A DNA stretch of 32,000 bases. It comes from Bifidobacterium longum subsp. longum JCM 1217. GTDB taxonomy: Bacteria; Actinomycetota; Actinomycetes; Actinomycetales; Bifidobacteriaceae. The stretch spans positions 480,001 to 512,000 of the forward strand of contig NC_015067.1 in assembly GCF_000196555.1 (NCBI RefSeq). The letters run 5' to 3'. The position numbers and the translations under genes were made by a program. Under the pieces are notes generated by a model, which ran no database searches, had not been told where the DNA came from, and was given only the letters and a program-made list of their open reading frames with translations. Below are positions 1 to 6,252 of the stretch, one piece after another (position 1 is the first letter of the stretch; the number at the start of each line of letters is the position of its first letter).

Positions 1-46
1 GTGTTCATGTGCGGTTCCTTTGGCCTTCCATAAGTTCTAGGTAAAA

Positions 47-74
47 ATATACACTTATATACACATATATACAT
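47..74. repeat. Three tandem 10-bp units ATATACAC(nn) in a very AT-rich spacer
   Basis: ATATACAC at 47-54 and 57-64, and ATATACAT at 67-74, give an exact 10-bp period. The repeats lie between the stop of ORF 102..311 and a possible minus-strand ATG at 8..6 at the window edge. Confidence 0.8.
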
Positions 75-101
75 GAATATGTGAGTTCAAGCGAACTGAT
101 G

Positions 102-311
102 CTACGCCGGCTCGTCCCCGTCCCCATCAAACTTGTGCTCATCCTCGTAGGCAACGATGTCCATATCGCCTCGATGGAGTTTCTTGAGTGTTTCAGCTAC
201 TCGCGCCTGCTCATCATCAACAATAGGGCGCTCGCCGGCTAAGCATGTGAGACCATCGGATACTGCGGAAAACACTGCCGAACCCGCCCAACAAACATTG
301 AAGCAATACAT
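102..311 (-). CDS. Doubtful small acidic hypothetical protein (69 aa)
   Basis: This is the only ATG ORF in an ORF-poor, AT-rich stretch, with an acidic C-terminus (...AYEDEHKFDGDGDEPA). There is no SD before ATG 311 and an in-frame TAA lies two codons upstream. GC3 is visibly lower than in neighbouring genes. It may be non-coding. Confidence 0.25.
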   Translation of the reverse strand: MYCFNVCWAGSAVFSAVSDGLTCLAGERPIVDDEQARVAETLKKLHRGDMDIVAYEDEHKFDGDGDEPA

Positions 312-315
312 TTTT

Positions 316-401
316 TATTTGCTTCGTTACTGCGTATTCTGCACTCCACATGTGCGAAACGTTGGAATTCCGCCAAAATTTTATTTGCCTGGTATTTGCT
401 T
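316..401. repeat. Three copies of TATTTGCYT (iteron-like)
   Basis: TATTTGCTT at 316-324, TATTTGCCT at 382-390 and TATTTGCTT at 393-401. The last two are 11 bp apart, about one helical turn. Confidence 0.6.
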
Positions 402-511
402 GGGTGGGTCGCAAAGCGCGGTTGCGGCACGATTCTTAGTGGTGGTGCCTTATGGCGTCGGGCTTTCCTCGCAAATCGAGGTAAGGAAACTGGCCCTTAA
501 CCCGGAATTTG

Positions 512-556
512 AAAAAGTAAAAGGTCCCTGGCTGTTCACCAGCCAGAGACCTTTTT
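512..556. terminator. Bidirectional Rho-independent terminator
   Basis: A 12-bp stem GGTCCCTGGCTG / CAGCCAGAGACC (523-551, one G-U pair, 5-nt loop). AAAAAGTAAAA flanks it on the left and TTTTT (552-556) on the right, so a U-tract follows the stem on either strand. Confidence 0.75.
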
Positions 557-751
557 GGTAACAACTGAGGTTGAGGAAACCTCGGCAGTTGGGTCCAACG
601 GGGCGAAAGTCTGTGGCGCCGCCGAGAAGATTGCCCCGAAGCTAGCGCGACCTTTCTGCTACAACACAGCATACCAGCATCCATCGAACCTTATCTTTTA
701 CGGGTTCCGGCCCCTCGTCTTCAATCAGGGCACCGTTTCAAGGCAGAAGAA

Positions 752-1186
752 TCAGGCGGCCTTCTTGCGACCGCGGCGCTTCATGGTGCCGGCGGTGGCA
801 TTGGCCGCATCGAAGATCACGGTCTTGCTTTCGGGGTAGGCGGTACCGTTGACGGACTGGTAGGCGATTTCGCCTTCCGGAGCCTCGGGCAGAGTGAAGT
901 ATGCCTTCACTGCTTCAATGAGCGTGGCTTCCTTGACGCTTACCGAAGCAGCCTGCTTGCCTTCGGGCTTGCTGAACTTAATGGCGTTGTCGGCCTTGGC
1001 GGTGGTCGGGGTCACGGCGATCTGCCTGGTCTTGTCGTTAATCAGCACCTTGACGTACGCCGGGAATCCGAGCACTTCAGCGGTGGCTTTGTTGAAACGA
1101 ATGGCGGAATCGGTGACGGTCAGAACGGTCTTGCCCACCGGCTTGACCAGCTGAACCTCTTCGAATCCCTGAAGCAATGAAGCCAT
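752..1186 (-). CDS. Orphan hypothetical protein (144 aa) with basic RGR-containing C-terminal tail
   Basis: The ORF is 752..1213. I place the start at ATG 1186 (MASLLQGF...) because AGGAGA lies 6 nt upstream (taAGGAGAgcaattATG). The protein ends in ...GTMKRRGRKKAA. I recognise no family. An AT-rich 278-bp region lies upstream. Confidence 0.75.
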   Translation of the reverse strand: MASLLQGFEEVQLVKPVGKTVLTVTDSAIRFNKATAEVLGFPAYVKVLINDKTRQIAVTPTTAKADNAIKFSKPEGKQAASVSVKEATLIEAVKAYFTLPEAPEGEIAYQSVNGTAYPESKTVIFDAANATAGTMKRRGRKKAA

Positions 1187-1464
1187 AATTGCTCTCCTTA
1201 TTGCATTGGTCACGTTTTTTTTATTTACGTCACTAATTGTAACCAGCTAATTTCGCATTATACAAACCATATGCATGCATGATTGCATAATTGAAGAACA
1301 TTTGACCTACGTATTGCGCTCCCCGAATAGCACTGATTTAACCAATACCAAGAAAAGCGGAAACAAGAACCCGCAATATCAGCCGTATTGAATATAGAAA
1401 TATGCAATTTCAACATCGCAATAACTGACGGTCTTTTTGCTGGCTCTATTCGCCGATATCGCAT

Positions 1465-2025
1465 TCAGGCCACAGCGCCGAGCATAATATCGACGCCGTG
1501 CTTGATTTCCGCATACACGCGTTCAAACACCTCGCGTGATTGACGATGAGGGTCTTCGGTTTCGAGTGCCGTAGGCAAAAACGGCCGCAGCATAGGTACG
1601 CAATCCATGATTTCGATGAGCCTGTCTGCGGCGGTATCGCCGGCAATCGGACCCTCGGCATGCATATATTTGCAAGCGTTCACGAAGTCATTGAACAGAA
1701 ATACTTTGCGAATAGCCAGTGGATTCTGTTCAAGCAAATCGGAAATTTGCTCACGCTCAAAACACAGAATCAGGTCGGCTTGCCGGCTGATATCGGTGGT
1801 GAGAGGGGTGGAAGAATGGGAATTCGCGTCAATGCCGTCGTTCTTCAGCAAATCGATAACCATCGGATCAGCGGGATGCGGGGGATAGTGCAGAGTACCC
1901 GCGCTGCGCACGGTGATATTGCCGCTCTGCAAGCCAATTCCTCGGTCGGCAAGCTTGGCTCGGGTGTAGTATTCGGCCATCACGGAACGGCATTGATTGC
2001 CGGTGCATACATACATGATTTGCAT
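1465..2025 (-). CDS. Low-molecular-weight protein-tyrosine phosphatase / ArsC-family protein
   Basis: P-loop motif MYVCTGNQCRS (C-X5-R-S) sits at the N-terminus, with a distal DP motif (ETEDPHRQ). The start is chosen at ATG 2025 (MQIMYVC...) with GAAGGGA 7 nt upstream. Confidence 0.85.
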   Translation of the reverse strand: MQIMYVCTGNQCRSVMAEYYTRAKLADRGIGLQSGNITVRSAGTLHYPPHPADPMVIDLLKNDGIDANSHSSTPLTTDISRQADLILCFEREQISDLLEQNPLAIRKVFLFNDFVNACKYMHAEGPIAGDTAADRLIEIMDCVPMLRPFLPTALETEDPHRQSREVFERVYAEIKHGVDIMLGAVA

Positions 2026-2048
2026 AACAACGTCCCTTCTCAAGTGTT

Positions 2049-2084
2049 GTGAGCATTCCCTCATATATTCCAGTGAGCATTCCT
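2049..2084 (-). promoter_or_regulatory. Perfect 11-bp direct repeat GTGAGCATTCC x2 bracketing a TATAT box upstream of the LMW-PTP gene
   Basis: The copies are at 2049-2059 and 2074-2084, 25 bp apart, 24-59 nt upstream of ATG 2025. The sequence between them reads AATATATGAG on the gene strand, which is -10-like. Confidence 0.5.
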
Positions 2085-2122
2085 CGCGAATATGCGTGCG
2101 TTATGTACCGTAGCAATAACAT

Positions 2123-2152
2123 GAAAAAACCGGGAATCATCGACTCCCGGTT
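2123..2152 (-). terminator. Rho-independent terminator of the surface-protein gene
   Basis: On the minus strand, AACCGGGA gtcgatgat TCCCGGTT is followed by TTTTTT. It lies 55 nt downstream of the stop at 2207. Confidence 0.8.
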
Positions 2153-2206
2153 CAGTGGTATTCGCGAACTATGCTTCAGCGTCTACTGTTTATTATGTCA
2201 GTCACG

Positions 2207-2716
2207 TCAGCGACGAGTGGTGTTCTTGCGGACGGCGAACAGGGCGATGCCCGCGGCGGCAAGCAGCACAACGGCCACACCGTACGGTGCGATGGCCGCA
2301 CCGGTGTTGGCGGTGGTAGCAGTCGTGGTACCGGACTGGTCACCGGTTCCGGTTGCCGGAACCTGAATGGTGGCGGTCTTGGTACCGGATACAGCGCCAA
2401 CAGCCTTGACCGCGATGGTCTTGCCAGCCTGGCTGGCCTTGAACGTGTACAGCAAAGTCAAGGAACCATCTGCCTTGGCAGTGAACGTCTTGGATACTTC
2501 AGCGATCTGCTGGACGTCGGCGACGATGGCATCATCGTAGTACACGGTGACGGATTCATTCGGTTGGAATGTGCCTGCAGGGAACGTCACGGTAGCGGTG
2601 GTGCCGCTGTAAGTAACCGTTGCACCGTAATCATCAGCCATGGCGGTATTCGTTGCGAAACCAAAGCCCAGAACTGCGGCGATAACGGCCAGCACGGCCA
2701 TAATCTTCTTCTTCAT
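2207..2716 (-). CDS. Small secreted, C-terminally anchored surface protein (169 aa)
   Basis: Start at ATG 2716 with GGAGG upstream. It has a signal peptide (MKKKIMAVLAVIAAVLGFGFATNTAMA), a Thr/Gly-rich linker, a C-terminal hydrophobic segment and a basic tail (APYGVAVVLLAAAGIALFAVRKNTTRR). Only degenerate sorting motifs precede these (VPATG, TANTG). Confidence 0.8.
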   Translation of the reverse strand: MKKKIMAVLAVIAAVLGFGFATNTAMADDYGATVTYSGTTATVTFPAGTFQPNESVTVYYDDAIVADVQQIAEVSKTFTAKADGSLTLLYTFKASQAGKTIAVKAVGAVSGTKTATIQVPATGTGDQSGTTTATTANTGAAIAPYGVAVVLLAAAGIALFAVRKNTTRR

Positions 2717-2732
2717 AACTTCGAACCTCCAC

Positions 2733-2787
2733 AATAGAACCGGTTACTACCGATGAGAAATCGGTTCTTATCAATAGAAAATCGGTC
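2733..2787 (-). promoter_or_regulatory. Three phased direct repeats (AGAA-n-CGGT core) immediately upstream of the surface-protein gene
   Basis: Plus-strand repeats are aatAGAAcCGGTt (2733-2745), atgAGAAatCGGTt (2753-2766) and aatAGAAaatCGGTc (2773-2787). The AGAA cores start at 2736, 2756 and 2776, a 20-bp period. Confidence 0.45.
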
Positions 2788-2877
2788 TTCCTTCAATTAC
2801 AACCCCCAACCATACACCCCCCTTTGTCGGTATATAAGGGGTAATTATGTTAACGGATAAGGGGGGGTGACAACGTG

Positions 2878-2892
2878 GTCACATCATGTGAC
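2878..2892. promoter_or_regulatory. 15-bp palindrome GTCACATcATGTGAC, overlapped by a GTGACAACGT direct repeat
   Basis: The 7-bp arms are perfect. GTGACAACGT occurs at 2867-2876 and again at 2888-2897. The site is in the 300-bp spacer between the XRE-operon end (3038) and the surface-protein start (2716). Confidence 0.4.
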
Positions 2893-3037
2893 AACGTTCG
2901 AACATATTGTCGCCGCATTACCGTTGCGGCGGGGTCTCCTGACGTTCTGAAAACGTTGCTATTCCAACGATTGCGGTGATTGGCGATACGTGCATGGTAA
3001 ACAACAGGGAAATTTTTTTCTGCGACACGCCGACGGG

Positions 3038-3253
3038 CTACTCGGATTCTGATTCGTACTCGTCGTCAAAACTGAACAGGTCCTCTACGGTGGTGCCGAA
3101 CACCCGCGCCAAATCCATGGCCAGACGCAATGATGGGCAGTATTGCCCCTGTTCCAGCCTTCCTATGGTCTCACGTCGCACGTTGACCAGATCGGCGAGG
3201 TCGGATTGCTTCATACCGCGTTGGAGTCGGTGAAGTTTCAGACTAGTCTTCAT
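3038..3253 (-). CDS. XRE-family helix-turn-helix transcriptional regulator (71 aa)
   Basis: MKTSLKLHRLQRGMKQSDLADLVNVRRETIGRLEQGQYCPSLRLAMDLARVFGTTVEDLF is a classic Cro/C1-type HTH. The start at ATG 3253 overlaps the upstream gene's stop by 11 nt. Confidence 0.85.
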   Translation of the reverse strand: MKTSLKLHRLQRGMKQSDLADLVNVRRETIGRLEQGQYCPSLRLAMDLARVFGTTVEDLFSFDDEYESESE

Positions 3254-3668
3254 CGTCGCCTCCGGTGCCGGTATCGTGTTCCAGCCATAGATATCGAATA
3301 TCGGAAATGGCCAAGGCACACATGGCCAATGCGGGCAGTAGCATTGGCGGAATAATGTGAACTATCGAGCGGTCAATCAGATTCAGTGTGGTGTAGATGA
3401 AACCGACAATTACCAGAATGCCCACCAAACTGACCAGCGCGAATTGCATGGCCGCGCTTTGATGCATATCGGAAAGCTCGTCGCGTCGCGGGTTCTGCCG
3501 TCGGAATACAGTCATGCCCCATACTTCGCCGCCGATCCACAACAGCGCCGCGATCGCTGCCACGATTACTCCGAGCAGGTTATTGCCAATAAGAGCCATC
3601 AGCATGCAGGCAATGGCACCTATGGATTCAAGGATGGCACGAAAGCAAATATACCGATTAAAGGTCAT
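3243..3668 (-). CDS. Small 4-TM membrane protein (DUF2178-like partner of XRE regulators)
   Basis: It has four hydrophobic segments and an acidic tail (GTGGDDED). GGAGA lies 5 nt upstream of ATG 3668. The family assignment comes from remembered architecture and context, not from a search. Confidence 0.75.
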   Translation of the reverse strand: MTFNRYICFRAILESIGAIACMLMALIGNNLLGVIVAAIAALLWIGGEVWGMTVFRRQNPRRDELSDMHQSAAMQFALVSLVGILVIVGFIYTTLNLIDRSIVHIIPPMLLPALAMCALAISDIRYLWLEHDTGTGGDDED

Positions 3669-3700
3669 GGCCGTCTCCGTGAATTATGCGAGCGATATTG

Positions 3701-3716
3701 AATTGCATACGCAATT
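3701..3716. promoter_or_regulatory. Inverted repeat AATTGC-atac-GCAATT overlapping a TATAAT box; candidate XRE operator/promoter
   Basis: The 6-bp arms are perfect and sit 33-48 nt upstream of ATG 3668. On the gene strand TATAAT (3719-3714) overlaps the repeat. Confidence 0.45.
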
Positions 3717-3797
3717 ATAAAGTTAGGGGGGTAACCCCTTGTGTGGTGGTTAGGCCAACCGGCGGAGGCTCTTTGCGTAGACCGAGAATAATCGCAA

Positions 3798-4793
3798 TCA
3801 GTAATTGTTATGGGCGATCCAGTAGTTGTACGCTGCGACGATGCCGCCGTAGCGCTGCTCGCAGTAGCTGATGAACCACTTGAACTGGGTCTTGTAGTTG
3901 GTCTGCCAGTCCGCACCGGCGGAAGCCATCTTGCTACCGGGGTAGGCCTGACCCAAGCCATAAGCACCAGACGTGGGGTTGGTGGCGGTGGGGCTCCAAC
4001 CGGACTCGTGGTTGATGATGTAGTTCGCAGCGGTGAAGTCCGCTTCGCTATACCCGTTGTCCAACAGATACTGATGCGCCCAGGACTGCACTTCTCCAGC
4101 CGGAACAGTGGTGCCGAGATCGGCCGACGACGGCGACTTGGTGGAACCAGTGCCCACTAGGATCACCTTATCCACCGGGGCCTTCTTGACCCATGAGGCG
4201 AATACGTTGGAAGAGACGACCTTGTCGCCGGCTCGCTTGACCAGCGAGGTGGTCTCCATAATGCCCTTCTGGCCCTCGGTCTCGACCTTTTCCTGACCCT
4301 TGGGCAGGCTGCTGGTCTCCTTGCGCACTTCATTGAAGGCGATCTCGGTATCGTTGGTCTCCACATCGGCATCCGCGCGATTAATGGTGACCACGGTGGC
4401 CTCGGTGACCTTGGATTTCAGCGAGGGAGATATGGCATCATCCGGGTCAAGCGTGATATCACCCGTCTCCAGCACGTCCTTGACGGTGGTCATGTTGGCT
4501 TTTTCGCCAAGTACTACGCGCGAATCGCCATTAATCTTCACCGTAACGAACGTGGTGTTCTTGTCGGCGCTGTTGATTGCGCCACGAGTGGCAGAACGGG
4601 ATGCGGCCGAATCGGTGGCGGAGAACGAAGTGATGGTGGAAATCGGCTTCACATCATCAGCATGGTAGAAACTGCGCGACACCAATCCCGCCGTGCCGAG
4701 CAGACCTGCCGCGGCCACCACAGCCGCGATCTTCATCCACTGGCGCTTGTTCAACGGCCTGAGCATAAGGGTTGGCTTGGCATGTCTCGTCAT
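3798..4793 (-). CDS. Membrane-anchored DUF348/G5-domain cell-wall hydrolase (Rpf-like architecture)
   Basis: It has an N-terminal TM segment (WMKIAAVVAAAGLLGTAGLV) and a G5-like segment (VETEGQKGIMETTSLVKRAGDKVVSSNVFASWVKKAPVDKVILVGTG). The C-terminal domain is transglycosylase-like (NHESGWSPTATNPTSGAYGLGQ). AAGGAG lies upstream of ATG 4793. Confidence 0.85.
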   Translation of the reverse strand: MTRHAKPTLMLRPLNKRQWMKIAAVVAAAGLLGTAGLVSRSFYHADDVKPISTITSFSATDSAASRSATRGAINSADKNTTFVTVKINGDSRVVLGEKANMTTVKDVLETGDITLDPDDAISPSLKSKVTEATVVTINRADADVETNDTEIAFNEVRKETSSLPKGQEKVETEGQKGIMETTSLVKRAGDKVVSSNVFASWVKKAPVDKVILVGTGSTKSPSSADLGTTVPAGEVQSWAHQYLLDNGYSEADFTAANYIINHESGWSPTATNPTSGAYGLGQAYPGSKMASAGADWQTNYKTQFKWFISYCEQRYGGIVAAYNYWIAHNNY

Positions 4794-4862
4794 TGCGCTC
4801 CTTGATCGGATTTCACACTGCCCACCATGATAGGCGGCGCAGTGGATGAAGGAAAATCAGGC

Positions 4863-5237
4863 TCAGGCCTGCTGGTCGGCACCGGACTGGGCGGCCTTGG
4901 CGGCGGCCAGATCGAGTGCCTTGGCCTGGGCGATCAGATCGTCGAGATCGGCGGCCTGCAGCGCGCCGGCCTGCTGGAAGATGACCTCGCCCTGCTTGGC
5001 GATCATCAGCGTGGGCACCGCCTGGATGCCGGCGGCCTGGGCCAGATCCTGGTTGGCGTCGATATCAACCTTGACGAAGGCGATGTTCGCGTTCTCCGGC
5101 TCGTTGGAGGCCGCCTCGAAAATCGGGCCGAACGCGCGGCACGGGCCGCACCAGGTGGCCCAGAAGTCAACGAACACGATTTCGTTGTCGGTGATGGTCT
5201 TCTCGAAATCGGCGGAGGTGATGGCGGTGGTTGCCAT
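4863..5237 (-). CDS. trxA: Thioredoxin
   Basis: Active site FWATWCGPC, typical length and fold signature. GAAGGGA SD lies upstream of ATG 5237. Confidence 0.95.
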   Translation of the reverse strand: MATTAITSADFEKTITDNEIVFVDFWATWCGPCRAFGPIFEAASNEPENANIAFVKVDIDANQDLAQAAGIQAVPTLMIAKQGEVIFQQAGALQAADLDDLIAQAKALDLAAAKAAQSGADQQA

Positions 5238-5483
5238 GATGTTCCCTTCTTTTGTGTTTTCCTTGGCGTCGCCGTACGGCCCTCGTGCGTGGCCGCCGGG
5301 CGATTGCCTTATTCATGCAATACGTCTTGGCGCTTGGAGCCGTGCGGTTCGTGGCCGTCGGCTCCCTGCTGGCTACCAGCTTCCCAGCACCACCCAACAT
5401 TTGTGTCGTATTTTCCGCCGCCGGCCAAACGTTTCCCAAGATTTCGCTGGAAGGTGACGCGCGGCGCGCTGTGACGCGCAATA

Positions 5484-6125
5484 ATGGGATGCATGCCAGT
5501 CATGAATGATGAAGTGCCCGACGAGGGCGATTATGATGCCGGCCGTGGCCGCGGCGAATTCGACAACATCACGCCCGAGGACTTCATCCACGGAGGCGGT
5601 TCTGGCCATGGCAACCCGCCGGGCTGGCTGGGGCCGTCCGACATCAACCGGGCGCGCCATCAGATGCCCATCGCGTATGTGGAGATCGTGCCCGTACGCA
5701 CCGATGAGATGGGCCGCATCTCCCAGGTGGGCTCGCTGCTGCGCGTATCCGATGACGGGTCGATCGAACGCACGCTGATCACCGGCCGTGTGCTGTACCA
5801 CGAGACGCTGCGCGAGGCCATCGCCCGCAATGTGGCCAAGGACCTGGGCGACATCGCCCTGCCGCTGCTGCCGGTCGGACTCCAGCCATTCACCGTGGCC
5901 GAATTCTTCCCCACGCCGGGACTGAGCGAATACTACGATCCGCGCCAGCACGCCATCGCCCTGTGCTACATGGTGCCCATCGCCGGCGACTGCAAGCCGC
6001 AGGACGAGACGCTGGATGTGGAATGGGTGGATCCCAAGAGCGACGTAATGAACACGTTCGTGGCGCAGATGGTCAACGGCCACGGGCGCATCGTGCGGCA
6101 GGCGTTGGCCTGGGCCGGAATCTGA
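5484..6125 (+). CDS. Nudix-fold protein with degenerate Nudix box (DUF4916-like)
   Basis: GRVLYHETLREAIARNVAKDLG aligns to G-x5-E-x7-R-E-x2-E-E-x-G, but with RN..KD in place of RE..EE. The start is ambiguous: in-frame ATGs at 5484, 5493 and 5502, none with a clear SD. Confidence 0.75.
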   Translation: MGCMPVMNDEVPDEGDYDAGRGRGEFDNITPEDFIHGGGSGHGNPPGWLGPSDINRARHQMPIAYVEIVPVRTDEMGRISQVGSLLRVSDDGSIERTLITGRVLYHETLREAIARNVAKDLGDIALPLLPVGLQPFTVAEFFPTPGLSEYYDPRQHAIALCYMVPIAGDCKPQDETLDVEWVDPKSDVMNTFVAQMVNGHGRIVRQALAWAGI

Positions 6126-6252
6126 CAGTTGTTTTGCCTTCCGTTGGCGGGGATGGCGCGTAGCGACGGAGGGCGGTCCGCTTTGAGACCGCTCCCAGCC
6201 GACTGTGTCGACAGCTCCGCCAGTGGGGCGCGAATGTGAAGGAGTAACGACA

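Noticed and set aside
1-8. Possible minus-strand gene start (ATG at 8..6 preceded by AAAGGA)
   Set aside because: Only three codons at most are inside the window, so it cannot be supported as a feature. It is mentioned only as context for the 10-bp repeats.
440-447. Minus-strand CACCACCA, reminiscent of a tRNA/tmRNA 3' end
   Set aside because: There is no T-arm (GGTTCGAnTCC) or acceptor-stem complement upstream of it. I saw no tRNA-like cloverleaf anywhere in the window.
454-472. Minus-strand GCGAGGAAAGCCCGACGCC resembles the RNase P RNA GAGGAAAGUCCGGGC motif
   Set aside because: The sequence downstream on that strand becomes AT-rich. It lacks the other conserved RNase P blocks (the GGUGCCAGGUAACGCCUGG-type P4/J regions and ACAGAACCCGGCUUA).
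157-561. 134-aa plus-strand ORF, and similarly the 68-aa ORF 1258..1464-
   Set aside because: Both run through AT-rich spacer and through the terminator hairpin. They have no SD, and their Cys/Phe/Ser/Arg-rich composition is unlike real proteins in this genome.
4794-4862. Looked for a c-di-AMP (ydaO-type) riboswitch upstream of the Rpf-like hydrolase, as found upstream of some actinobacterial rpf genes
   Set aside because: Only 69 nt separate it from the trxA stop, which is too short for that riboswitch. No conserved structure is visible.
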